A stretch of DNA of 64,000 bases from Syncephalis fuscata S228 (Eukaryota; Fungi; Zoopagomycota), in NCBI GenBank assembly GCA_025786725.1, contig JAHLTZ010000019.1, positions 411,083 through 475,082 on the forward strand, in the 5' to 3' direction. Shown here one piece after another: positions 41,385 through 54,904 of this stretch (within the stretch, counting starts at the first letter, position 1; each line of letters begins with the position of its first letter). The notes beneath the pieces are model-generated. The model saw nothing but the letters and a program-made list of their open reading frames with translations. It was not told where the DNA came from and ran no database searches. The position numbers and the translations under genes were made by a program.

Positions 41385-44300
41385 TTATGATGATGATGGT
41401 GGTGGTGGTTGAGGTGGTTGAGTTGTTGTGGCTGTGGTTGTACCTCCTGTAGATGGTGGTTGATTACCACTATGACTACTGCCACCACGACCGCGGCCAC
41501 GGCCACGACCACGTCCTCCTCTACCTGTATGAGCGGTTGTACTAGTTGTTCCAGTAGTGGTAGTAGCAGGAGTTGTAGTAGCAAATGGGTTTGGCGATGG
41601 TGTAGCCATTGTAGTTGTTGTTGCTGTTGGTGGTGGTGGACGACCAGCTGCTGCTAAGCCTCGTCCACGGCCTCTTAATGAAGCTTTTGCTCGTTCACGT
41701 AATTCGCGTGCTGTTGCTTCTAGATCGGATAAAGTCGAGCCTGTATCGCTAGGTAGCTTTGTTGCCGTCACCACTGGTTCTGTAGCAGTAGCAATGGCTA
41801 AATATTAAATAAAATATTGCTTAATTTATTTAATAGAATATTAATAATGAATAACTTACCTGGCACGCTAGGTGGGGTTGCTGCTATGCCTGTTGCTGCT
41901 GGTGTTATAGTAGTAGCAGTGGCTGGAGTAGCAGTACTAGTACTTGTTGGTACACCACCAAACTTTTCAAATCGTCGGGCACGCATTTCATTGGCATCAA
42001 TTGTAGTAGTCGTTACAGTTCGTACTATTATTAACATAAAAATATTATTAGTATGCTTATTATTCATTATAGCTATTATATCGTATTAAATACAGCCTTT
42101 CTCTCTCTTCTCCATCTTATATTAATTATATTTACCTGGACGAGGCAAGTCAAATTCAATTTTTTGAAACTTTTTAGCTGATACCGGTTTTGCTGCTTCG
42201 GTTGCGGCAGCAGCAGTAGTTGCTGTTACGGCCGTTACAATAGGAGTAGTTGTAACAGCAGTTGTGACAGTTTCGGCAGTAGTAATAGGTACAGAAGGTG
42301 TTGTTGTTATTGCCGTTACAATAGGTACATTTGTAGCTACTGGTGTTGCTGTCGTAGTTGCTACATTCGATGATGAAGCAGTTACTGCCGGTGTTGCTGT
42401 CACTGTAGTTGCTACTGTGGCAGGTGTACTCTTATCATCGCTAATTGTACTTGGTATAGTAGGTGTAGAGACTGCAGTAGTTGCCGGTGATTCAACCGTT
42501 GAAGTAGATTCAGTAGGTGGTGGGATTGCCGGTGTTGTAGATACACTTTCGGGTAATTCAATTCTAATGATTCATATTAATAAATTAATATTTATATTTA
42601 TATCAATATTTACCGAGTAGGTGTCACTTCATCCATCGATGCTTTAGTGGATTTCTCAGATTGATTTCTAGTTACAATCAATTAATAACATGATTACATT
42701 AATGACTACTAATAACTTACACTTCTTCTAGTTGTACTAAATGATCTTCAGCCATAGACGCTGTTGTATCTTGTACTGTTGTCGTCTCTGCTTCCATAAC
42801 TATTCCCTCTTCTACTTCTGTTGGTTCAACTACCAATGTTGGTGACACTGCTGCAGGTTCAAATGAATCAGTAACAGGTGCCGTTGTTACTTGTTCAACA
42901 ATGGTAGCTGGTATAGTATCAGCAGTTGTTCTAATAATCAATGATTAAATTAATATAAATCATATGCCTTATAGTCCTAACTTACTGTTCCGTAGTCAAA
43001 GTAGTCGTAGAAGATAGTTCACTTGGTGTAAATGCCGGTGCTTCAACGTTTAATGAGTGTGTAGTGGTCGGTATTGATTCATCTAAACGTACACGTTTAC
43101 TTTCCGGTTGTTGTTGTTGTGATGTAGATACAGCAATGGTTGGTGGTGTTGTTGCCGCACCTATTGGCACTTCTTTCTTTTCACTATCTACATCGCTCGA
43201 CGCTAGTTCGTTCATTTCCACATCTTCGTCAATAGGCAATGGCCGTTTGTGTGTTTCGGTGGCGATTGATGGCGTTGGTAGTTCAGGAGCCGTATCCGTT
43301 AATGGCGTTGATGGTACAGATAAAGAAGTGGCCGCTGTATCTTCAGTACCACCAAGTGATACAACCTTGGCTTTGAGTTGAGTAATTTGATCACGTTGTC
43401 CTTCAACACGTCGCTCAAGCATGGAATAACGTGCACGCCATCGCATATCACATACACTACGTTCTTGTTGCCGGGCTGCTTCAATGGCCACTTCATTCGC
43501 TGTTGTTTGATCTCCTCCACCGTTACCGTTAGCTGCAGCGACGGCAGCAGCATTATCTAATAATAATTGCTGTTGTTGTTGTTGCATCTTTGTTTCATAA
43601 CTTGTTTTCATTTCAAGCAATTTCGCTTTTGCTCGTTGATGCAGTAATTTAAACTTTTCCTAATAAAAACAGCTATTATTAATATCAATATTATTAAACT
43701 GTTTAAAAGCAAAACTTACTTGCTCTTGATTAATCGTTGTTTCAAGTTCAGTAACACGTGCAGTTAACGCTTCCTTTTCTGTAACTAGCTGTGTACGTTC
43801 CGCTTCTAATTGTTCACGTTCACGATTATCCTGCGCCGCTTGTTGATGTTGCGCGGCCGCTTGCTGTGCTTCCTTCAACTGCTCCTGCAATGCTTGTAAA
43901 CGCTCTTGGCTCTTCTGTGACATATCACGATAGCGGACTTGCCATTGATTGATATACTCGGTAAGTTGAGCAACCTTGTGCTGTTCACCTTCTTTATTGT
44001 TTTCAAACTCATCGACACGTTGTTGAAGTTCCGTTTGCGCCGTTTGTGCCGTCTCCAGTGATTGTTCAAGCCGTGTACACTCTTCCTGTAGCCTTGTATG
44101 TTCAAATGGATCAATACGTTTATAAGTTTGTAATATTTGCTGTGCACGATCCTTCCAATGCTGATTATCACGTTTCAATAAATCAATTTCTGCATCCTTT
44201 GCTTCAATATCGGCTGTCAACTCGGCCGTCTTTTCACGTAGTGGATCGACCTGCGATTGAGCATCGACAAGAGCAGCTTCCAGTTGGGTGACGCGCTGTT

Positions 44301-46393
44301 GAAGGCGTACATTATCGGCACGTAAAGCTACATTACTTTCACGCAGTATATTCAATTGGTTCACCTTTTCCATTAGCTCGTTATGTTGTGTTGCCGTTTG
44401 TAACGATGATTCTTGTCGTTTACGCTCCTATTACATAATAAATAAGCGTTTAATATACCGACTGGTTATACAAACCATAACAAATACTTGCCTCCATAAG
44501 TAAAGCACGGCATTCGGCCAATTGTCTATCTGACTGAGTCAACTGCAGACGTAGTCGACGTGCTTCACTTTCTTTAAGATCAAGCTGTGATCGTAGTCGA
44601 ACACTCTCTGTACGTAAATCTTGATTAATGATTTGTAACTGCTCATGGGCAATAGCCGGTGTATCCTCAGAACCATTCGCATTTGCTGTACTGGCACTTG
44701 TGGCTGTTTCACTTGTCGCCACTCGACGTGATTGAGCCGCAGCGGTATCCAAATAGGATTGAAGATTATTGTTTTGTACCGTCAATTCAGAGCATCTATT
44801 AATATTTATTAGTAAAATATCTACACATTATTGCAATATTGATTGATTTATATGCATTTTTACTTACCGATCCTCTAATTCAGTAATATTACGTTGCAGA
44901 ATCGATCGTTGTTCTGCCCATGATGATTCGGCACTCTTTAGCTTGGCTTCAGCCGTAGTCGTTTCGGATCGGAAGGTAGCCAATTGATCTTGAAGTGCTT
45001 GGCATTGCTCTTTAACTTCACCTAATGCTTGAACATCTGCGGCATGAGCTACCAATTCGTGTTGATACTGCTTTTGAGCATTGCGAGCCATTTCAGCATG
45101 TCGACGTAGATCTTCTCGCATTGTGTCGCGCATATTGATAATCTATATAACAAATTAGTACAATAGCATGCAATAACTAAAATACATACATTCTGTTCAT
45201 CACGCTTCAACTGCTCAATACGCTCTTCCAAAAGGTGTTTCTCGCGTTGCCAGTTCGATCGTTCAGCTGTTGTATCTTCTTGTAGTTGTGAATATTCTTG
45301 TGTTGTCTTTACGAGCTCACTAGTCAATTCAGTAACCTTTTCCCGTAAATTTGTAATAGTCAACTAAAAATTTATAAATTTAATTAGCTATTTAACCGAC
45401 TAATTGTATTGTCATTATTTAAATCAATTTACCTCTTGATCAGCTTGTCGTTTCTCTGTATCACGTTCAAATTCCGATAGCGTTGTTTGCAGGCTTGCTA
45501 ATGCTTCTTCACTAGCTGAACTGATTGCTCTATACTGTTCAACTTGTTCTGCTGCTCTTTCTACTGCTTTCTTTGCCTCAACCAATTCGCCACTAATTAA
45601 CAGTATTCCGCATTTGTGTATATATTAATTATGTAATCCAATAGAAAATTATATAATCAATCTTACCGTAATTTAACCAGTTCTTGTCGTTGTTGTTCCT
45701 CAACCGAAACTGATTCATTAGAATTGGCCGCACTTGTTCCCGTAGTTCTTGGTCGTTCGTATTCTTGTAAACGTTCTTCGGCTGATTGCAGTTTGTCTTC
45801 AAGTTCACTAACTCGTTGATTTTGATGTTTCAATGATGTTTTAGCTACCATCCATTGTTCACGTGTTGTTTGATATTCCGTTGACTATTATTACAATTAC
45901 GCTATTACTATTATTACTATTGCTACTACTAACTACTAACCAATTTATCTATACGAGTTTGATAGTCTTTAGATTCCATTTCTTTACGTAATAACAATCC
46001 ACGATGAGCAGTTGATTCTTCATTTAATTTAGCCTTGGCAGTTTCCCTATTCAATCAATAATTACCATTACTATTACCCTTACTATTGCCATTACTATTA
46101 ACTTACAATTCTCGTTCTGTGTTCTGTAATTGTTGCTCAAATCGTGTTCTCGCTTCATTTGATGATCGTTCAACTTCCTTTTGCATCTGTTCAAGATTAC
46201 GCATCATGTCATTAAGATTTGCTCGTTCTTGTGACAGTGAATTATTCTCTTGCATCATACGGTCCTGCATAGTTTGGAATAATTGTTTTTCAGCTCGTAG
46301 ATTTGCACATTCTTGACGTAGTTTTTCTTGAACTTCACGTGCTGTTAATAGCTCTTCATTGGCCTAATAATAGTAATATCAAATACATTAAAT

Positions 46394-46455
<62 letters not shown>

Positions 46456-49225
46456 TCAATGACTATTATTATCTATATGAATTACCTTGCGTGTTGCCAA
46501 TTCTTGACGGCCTTGTTGTTCTTGAAGCACAGCATTACGTTCACGCACTTGTTGTAGCTCAGTCTTTTGTAACTCGGTATTTTCAACCAAAAGTTGATAA
46601 CGTTCTAGTATGAATTCATTAGTATCATCGGCTACCACTATAGATACAACTTACCATTAAGATAGGTAACTTGAGCATTAGCCTGTGCTACTTCAATTCG
46701 ATATGTTGTACACTGATTTTGTGCCTGTTCTAATTGCTCTTTAAGTGTATGTAGATCTGCGCCTGATTCAGTGCGATAAGCATCAAAGTGTTCTTGCAAT
46801 TCACGTAACATAACTGCCACATCTGGATGGGGTCCGGTGCCAGTATTACCAGTATCCATGGTCGCTGGTTGATTTGGCTCAGGTGTATGTGGTTCTTCAC
46901 GTCGTGTCGTATTCACTTCACCAGATTCATCTTGCGGCAATGATTGACCGGCATTCTCTAGCATACGCCGAAGTAAATCGCGTTCACGTGTATATGAATC
47001 AATACGCAAATGAGCCGTCTGCAATCGATCTCTTAATTCTTGTATCAACTGTTGTGCCTCAGCAATTGCTTCACTTTCTAGTTCCGAATGATGTTGGCGT
47101 CGTCTATTCTCCTCCTGTTCAAGACGTGATGCCAAATCCTGTGTGACCTTGAGTAAACGTTGATTCTGCTGTTGTAACTCTTGAATATTACGGAAAGTTG
47201 TCAACTGTGACGTAATAATCTGTTCAACTTCAGTACCACTTGTTGTATGACGGGATGGTGATCCAAATGATGCCATTGCTATTTCACTTGGTGGCACACC
47301 TTGTTGTTTTGCAATAAGTGTTTGTACCTGTAAAGCCAACCGCTCCGATTCTATTAATATAAGTATAAATATAGATTAGTTATATGTATGTGTATTATGT
47401 TTTTATGTTTATTATACCTTTCTTTAGTGCTATATTCTCACGATCAACACGTTCTTGGTGAAGACGAGCATCTTCTGCCTGTTGAGCCAGTTCTTCTCGG
47501 TCCTTCATGGCCGTTGTCAACTGATCGGCCAATTGAGTCGCTTCATGGCAAATAATCTCGTATTCTTCTCGTTGCTTTTGCAATAATGGGGCCTATAGCA
47601 TTGTTATTGGTCAACTAATGTCATTATTAACTAAATTAATTCACTTTACCCGCTCATCAATTTCTCGTAAAATGCCCGTTAATGATTCGGTAATACGTTG
47701 ATTTTCACGCTGTTCTGCTGTCAATTCCTCTTGCACTCTAATGTAATCAGAATACTGTATCATAAAATATATTAGCCTTTTTAATTATAATACAACTGAT
47801 CATAATAAATAACCACTTACTATTTGAGTGAACGTTTTACCAGATTTTTGCATACGTGAAACGGCCGCAGCAGTCGGCGATAGTATAACACTGGCATCAG
47901 CATTTGGTGCTTGTAATGATTCACGATTACCGAGCAATTCATTTACAGTGTGTAGCTCTTCCTTTAATCGATCGAGTTCTGTCGTTTGTGTTTCCAATTG
48001 CTGGCCAAGTTCTTTTTGAGTTTCAGCTTCTTGCAATTCAGCTAAACGACAGCGTTCTTCTGCTCGATCAACAGCTGCTCGCATCTCGAGCATTAAGCCT
48101 GTTTTCAATATAGCAATAAATGCATATACAGTTAACTAAGTATGCTTTATATGCCATTAGTATCCTTTACCTTCAAGCTGTTCAACTCGTTCGCGTGCCT
48201 CACGCTGACCACTCTCCCATAGTTCGCATACTCGTCTCTGTGCCTCCATTTCTGTTTTAAATGCTGCATCTGTTTCTGCTTGCTGTTGTTCCAAATCACG
48301 TTGTCGTTCCAGTGCTTCTTCAAGTTTACGTGTGCAAACTTCTAGACGTCGTTCAATAGCAATAGCTTTCTGAACAGCCGTTGTCTGTTCCTCACGTGCT
48401 ACAGACAACGCCGTTTGAAGCTGAGTCGTTTCTTCAGCACGTTCTTGCCGTTGTCGCTGTAATTCTAGCGACTTTGCTTCCAGTTCTTTTGTGAGCCATT
48501 CGCTGTTCTGCTGTGCCAGCGTCAGTTCTTGTGTGGCCCGTTGTTCACGTAGGTTCACAGCTAATTCCGATGAGCGTAGCTGCTGTAATTCTACCTCTAA
48601 TCGGCGAATTTCAGCACGAGCTTCAGTACTTTTTTCAAGTAAAGAGCGCTGCTCTTCAGCTACTACATCGGCATTCTCAGCACGTCGTTCTAACAGTGCG
48701 TTTGTATCTCGTAGATCGGCTTCAAGCTTCAGTATTTTTCGCTTAGCTTCATCCAATTCATCAGCAACATGCTGAGTATCTCCTTGCTGCGTTTTTGTGC
48801 TTGCTTGTAATTGTTCCAATGCAGCCACTATAAACAATATATATTTATATTAATATTAATCCATAGTTTAATGATTATTGATCGTTTAACTCCTTACCGG
48901 ATTGTGCACGCTCCTCTTGTGCTTTTACTACTTCTGAACGTAATCTTTCCTGTTGTGATGTAATAAACTTTAACTTTGTTTCCTGTTGATTTAATAATCT
49001 ATCACGATTCACTTCCATTTGACTACGTATCGCACGCTCTTCTTCTAGCGCATTACGCGATTCAGCGAATCGACGGTCGCATGCTTCCACTTTTATCGCG
49101 ATAGTTGTAAGTAATGCCTCACTGGCCGTGGTAAACAATGGAGATAGGTCATCTACGGAAAGCGAGAGATGTGCTGCCAATAACTCGATTGGCCCTTTAG
49201 CCAGCTCGTCAACGGCCGTGTCCAT
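41385..49225 (-). CDS. TPR: Nuclear basket protein TPR/Mlp1 (long coiled coil, T/A-rich and RGG-containing C-terminal tail), multi-exon
   Basis: LSPTAAAVSRMQKSGKTFTQI, TFRNIQELQQQNQRLL, AQKQYQHELVAHA, QLNILRESNVALR, W..R.QQIL..Y.RIDP. Confidence 0.93.
46399..46452. repeat. (AAT)n microsatellite, about 18 units, in a TPR intron
   Basis: Seen directly. Confidence 0.9.
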
Positions 49226-49762
49226 AGCTTATTCACCTCTACTGCCGGTATTTCGTCAAATACACGAAAATAGCCAAGGTAGTAGGCGATAGAAAGGCAC
49301 ATACACGTTTATAGACGCGTCGTAATTACTGTACAAAGTAATACTGTAGATCCAATAGCATAAGTATATTTATACTCTTCTGGAACGTATAGCTTACCGG
49401 TCACTCTATGGCCCAGTCGACTGAATAAGTAGTTGGAATGTATATAGTCTTATATAACGCTTAATCTTAAAGAATCAATACAGAAAATCGACATCAGACG
49501 TGGTAAACCAAGCCAGTTAAGAATGGTGATAGTGCGAGTGGAGATAAATAGGCCGATCAATGACACCACCACCACCACTATAATTATTTATCGTATACGT
49601 GTCTACTCTCAATCAATAATAAATGATTTTATTAATAATAATAAACTTATAAATCTGCGAATTAATTCATTCATTTACACAAAGTTTGCTTTTTTTCTTT
49701 TTACGATTTCATTGGATTGAGTTTATTAAATACTACAACTACGATTATCACGTATAAAAAAT

Positions 49763-50383
49763 ATGAGTGCGGAAGATCTAAGCAAAAATACAAAAACCAA
49801 AGACACTTTGGTCTTAAACGAAAAAGAAATTAAAAAAACAGGAGATAATAAGCCAAAAATAACGTATGACTCTGAGGAAGATATTAACGACGTAGAAGAA
49901 GTAGAAGAAGAGGAAGAGGAGGAGGAAATAGAAGAAGAGGAGGAGGAAATAGAAGAAGAGGAGGAGGAGGAGGAGGAAGAAGAAGAAGAAGAAGAAGAGC
50001 TTCAGCCAATACCAAGAAAACGAAAGTTAGAATCGTTGAAAAGCAGCAAAAGTAAAAAACCTGAACATTCTAAGGTAATATTTTAATAACACAATATGTA
50101 ATTTATTTACAAATATTTATTACAATTAGAATAAAAAATCACGCAAATCCAAAAGTAAAAAGGACGATGATGAGGATGAAGACGATTTTGATGAAGAAGC
50201 ATTATCAGATATTGGTATGTAGTTTAATAATCAATATAAATTTTATTAATTAATACTAAATAAATAGAGGATGATCTACAAGAGATTGATACAAGTAACA
50301 TTATCTCTACAGGGCGGCGTACACGTGGTCGTCGTGTAGATTATCGTCAGTTTGGCTTGGACAAGGATGAAGATGAGCACTAG
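49763..50383 (+). CDS. Acidic CHZ-domain histone H2A.Z chaperone-like protein, 3 exons
   Basis: Poly-Glu tract, basic NLS-like PRKRK, C-terminal DLQEIDTSNIISTGRRTRGRRVDY (CHZ motif). Confidence 0.8.
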
Positions 50384-50899
50384 CTATTTGATTACTTGAC
50401 AATGTTACTTGATAGTAGATATTTAATATGTCACGGCATTGGCAATTAGTGGCTACTGCTATATTATAAACACTAACGGCTATGCCTGCCATGTTCATTA
50501 CTATCAAAGCTTTATTGCTATTGTATCTATACATAGCCATTATGTTTAAGTAGCTATAAAGTATTTTATGCTTCTTTTACAATAAACATATATACTACTT
50601 TTATCATTCATAAATTATATTATTATTTAATGCTTATTGTATGATAACGAATAATACTAATGACAACAGACAACTTTTATAAGTAGCTTGTAGTTATTAG
50701 AATATCTTGTTGTATAAAGTAAAATAAAGTAACAGTGTGAAGTATATGATGCAATAGACAAGATGAGTTGAAATCAAAAAATAGTTGTTAATAGAAAATA
50801 ATTACTATCGATAGAATAATATACAATAGAATAAATACATAATAGTAATCGGAAGACCAATTTATTGAAGAAAACGATAATACCAAGAATAATGGATGA

Positions 50900-51237
50900 T
50901 GTAACCGTAGATACAGCGAACTGTTGCGGTTACTACGAGTCACAATACAATAATGTATATAAAATAAAAATGAATATTGAAAGTGAACTAATGTCTTTAT
51001 TTGTGGTCATAATCATACGCGTATTTATATTGTTCTATTGGATATATGGAATATCTAAGTAGAACAATAAAAGAAAATAAAATAAAAATAAAAGAAAATA
51101 AAAGATAAAGATAAAACAATACGCGGTGGCGGAGTGTTAACTTCATCGTGGACCATGTGTGATGATCGGTGTGTTTAAACACCGATCATAATGTCTAAAA
51201 ATGGTAATAATAAATGAGAGGGAGAATTTTTGTTACA
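50900..51237 (-). repeat. 3' LTR of element A
   Basis: Near-identical to 56107-56439; TG...CA ends; adjacent PPT. Confidence 0.95.
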
Positions 51238-51240
51238 ATA

Positions 51241-51255
51241 CCCCCCTCCCTCTCA
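51241..51255 (-). other. Polypurine tract of element A
   Basis: TGAGAGGGAGGGGGG on the minus strand, 3 nt before the 3' LTR. Confidence 0.9.
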
Positions 51256-54200
51256 GGCGCTTGTCCCAAGTGCTAATCGTATGTGTGTGGAGTGTTCGTA
51301 TTGATTTAATAGTTCTTGAGCATTTTGCAAGTTTTCAATTGGCTCCCAAGAACTGTCATCTTTTGAGTATCCTTTCCATTTTACTAAGTATTCCTCCACG
51401 TCATTCATCCCCACTTTTCTTGTTCTTCTACCTATTATTCTTTCCACTTCCCACTCAGCTTGTCCTTCAATCATTTCTGGCATAGGCATAGTAATTGCCG
51501 TTGGTCGTCCTGGAAATACGTTCGGATCTTTATACCTGGTAAGCTGAGAGATGTGTATAACTGGGTGAATGCGCATGCCTGGTGGTAGTTCGATCTTGTA
51601 CGCGGTCGGACTAATGACCTCTATGATAGTGTACGGGCCAGTTTTACGCGTACGAAGGGCGGAGTTTGACTGTTCTGCTACGTGTCGTGGCATTGTGTGT
51701 CGTGTTGACAGCATTACTCGATCACCTATTTGGAAGGTGTCATCTCGACGTCGTTGGTTAGCATATTGTGCCTGTCTATCCTGAGCGTACGATATGTTGT
51801 CTTTTACCGCCTTTTGTATCGCTTCTAGTCGCTGTAAAAACTCCTCAGCTGCTGGTACTGTTATATTATCGCTATCAGCTGGCATAGTCGTTGTTATTGG
51901 ATGACGTCCATATACAGAGAAGAAAGGTGTAATACCAGTAGTAGCGTTAGTACTATTGTTATAGGCAAATTCTAATGCAGGTAAGTATTTATCCCAATCA
52001 TCTTGTTGTTGGCTAATAACATGACGTAACATTTCTTCGATGGTTCTGTTGGTTCGCTCAGTCTGGCCGTCAGTCTGTGGATGATTTGCAGTTGATCTGG
52101 CTAATTTAGTACCGGTAAATTCAAATAAGGCTTCCCAGAATCGGCTAGTAAATCGTGGGTCACGATCAGAGATTATGGATCGTGGAAGACCATGTAGACG
52201 ATATACATGGTCGAAGTATAGTCGTGCGGTGTCAACAGCTGTGACAGTGTTGGTAGTAGGCACGAAGTGGGCTTGTTTACTAAAGCGGTCAACTACTACC
52301 ATTAACGCATCTGCACCTTTTTCAGTGAGTGGTAGATGTGTAATAAAATCCATACTAACTGAGTCCCATGCATGTGCAGGTATTTCAAGTGGTTGTAATA
52401 AGCCACCTGGTCGTCGATTAGTGGCCTTATTACGTTGGCAAGTATCGCAGGAAGTGACATAGCGGTGGACGGTGTTGTGTAGTGATGGCCAGTAAAAATG
52501 GCGATGAATAGCCAGGTATGTTTTATCTACACCTAGATGGCCGGCTACGATGGCATCGTGATGATCGTGTAGTATATCTTGACGTAATTGGTTATTTTTA
52601 GGTACACATAATCGATCACCGTTGAAATATAACAATCCATCAGTTAGTCGATACTTGACTAACTTGGTACGAAGAGCTGGAAGTGGCGTTGTCGTATTAA
52701 GCTGGGCGTATATTTCACCAAAGTCAACATCGTTGGCGTACAAGTTTTTAATTTGATCAATATATGTAAAACTGACAGTAGTTAAACTGGACAGTTGTAA
52801 ATCAGGCCGTCTGGATAATGAATCGGCTACAATATTGTTTTTCCCGGGCTTATATTCGATCAATACGTCATATTCTTGTAATAGTTCTGACCATCTTGCT
52901 TGTCTGGTTGATAAATTCGGTTGACTCTGGAAGTACTGCAAGGTTTTATGGTCAGTATACGCGTGAAATGACGATCCATGTAAGTAGTGGCGCCAAATCT
53001 TTAAAGCATCTATTAATGCTAATAGTTCTTGTTCATGTACCGGATAATTGCGTTCAGCGGGCTTCATTTTGCGCGAATGATAAGCAATGGGGTGCCAATG
53101 GCCATCACGATCTTGCTGCAACAAGGCAGCACCTACAGCAAAGCCAGAAGCATCGGTTTCTACACGGAAAGGCTGATGTACGTCGACTATTTGTAATACT
53201 GGAGCTTGGGTCATTGTCTTCTTTAGTATATCAAATGATTTTTGAGCTTCAATGGTCCATAAGAAACGACGATCTTGACATAGTAGATCGGTAAGTGGTG
53301 TGGCTATAGCAGAGTAATTTTTAATAAACTTTCTATAGTAGTTGGCCAAGCCTGTAAAAGCGCGTATATCAGTGACGTTTCGTGGTGTAGGCCAATCAGA
53401 AATGGCCTTTATCTTAGCTGGATCAGCTTTTACACCATTAGCACATAGCAAATGGCCTAAATATTCAACTTCATCTTTAAATAATTCACATTTTGACCAT
53501 TTGGCGTATAAGTGGTTGTCGCGAAGTATTTGTAATACTTGGCGTAGGTGTCGTTCGTGGTCTTCTGGTGTTTTACTGTAGATGAGAATATCGTCCAAAT
53601 AGACAATAACACATTTGTCTAGTAATGGCCTAAATAGATAGTTTACCAGTGTTTGAAAACTGGATGGTGCATTACTTTGACCAAAACTAACTACTAGCCA
53701 TTCAAAGTGACCATAGCGGGTGCGAAAGGCCGTCTTGGGTATATCCTCTTCTACTACACGTAGTTGATGATAAGCAGAGCGTAGATCTATCTTAGAAAAG
53801 ACAGTTGCGCCTAACACTTGGTCGAATAAATCTTCAATCCTTGGCAATGGGTACTTGTTCTTGATAGTGATTTTATTCAGCGCTCGATAATCAACACACA
53901 TGCGCATACCACCATCTTTCTTCTTGACGAAAAGAACAGGCGCACCGTAGGGCGATATACTAGGACGAATATATCCCGCGTCAAGTAATTCGGTAAGTTG
54001 TGTTTTAAGTTCTTTAAGTTCCAGAGGGGACAATCGGTATAAGGCGTTACTGGGTGGTGTTGCGCCTGGTATCAAATCGATACGATGATCTAATCCATCA
54101 CGTTTTGGCGGCAATTGTTTCGGTAGTTTGTCGGGAAATACGTCAGCAAAGTCGTTGCGTAATCCAGTCAATACTGGAGTGATGGATGGGTCATTTGAGT

Positions 54201-54904
54201 GATTAGCAGCTTCATTTAGCGGATTATCGGCTGGTCGTACAATGGCTAGGTGTAATTCATCTGTTCGTTTAGCATAGCGTTTAAATTGTAAGGCAGATAA
54301 TGGCAATATGGTTGGTTGTCTATGTGCATTTGCTTGCCATACAATGTGTCGATTATCATGCATAAACGTAACAGTGTTAATTAACCAATCTATCTGTGGA
54401 TTATAGCGGGCTAGCCACGGTTTACCGAGTATTACGTCGTGTTCTAAAGGAACAACCAAAAACGATAACGGTCTTTGTAACCAGTGGAAGTAAGGAGCGC
54501 ACCAGCCAGTTGGCGGTCACACGTATACGAACGGCCATCTGCCACGTGTACGGTCGATGGGTATTTAACTTTATGGGTGTGTGCGCGAATATGTTTCACA
54601 AGATTTGCGGATACAAAGTTATCAGCTGCTCCACTATCTATTAGTACCGTAACTTTTCTACCTAATAAACGAGCATTGATACGTAATAAATCGTGAGCGT
54701 GTGGATATTTTGACAATAAACTTTGTTCCTTTAAAAGTGCATCAGTGTCATCAACAACATTAGCATGAGGAAATAATGGCGCAGAAACAAGCAATTCATC
54801 ATCAGAAGTAAGCGAGAGAAGATCGGGGTGGCATCAACAGAAATAGTATTTAGTTGGGCACCAGTAGGTTGTGATGCTGACACTACTGGTGCTGGACTTT
54901 TCCC
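51253..54904 (-). CDS. pol: Element A Pol (protease, RT, RNase H, integrase, GPY/F, chromodomain), expressed by -1 frameshift; 1-2 indels near 54450-54790
   Basis: VLIDSGA; [10 protein letters not shown]; YLDD; ETDAS; HH..GH/C..C; [12 protein letters not shown]; GPY; WEVERI...YLVKWKGY...SWEP. Confidence 0.95.

Noticed and set aside
41409-42620. Plus-strand Val- and Cys-rich ORFs
   Set aside because: Antisense shadows of the Thr/Ala/Pro-rich TPR tail exons
46303-46557. Poly-Ile ORF
   Set aside because: Translation of the intronic (AAT)n microsatellite
48160-48168. GTATCCTTT resembling a U12 5' splice site
   Set aside because: It is on the plus strand, while TPR is on the minus strand, where the site reads as an ordinary GTAAAG donor
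50889-50893. ATAAT near the left end of A as its target-site duplication
   Set aside because: It is 6 nt from the LTR end, and the sequence beyond does not continue the B RNase H frame
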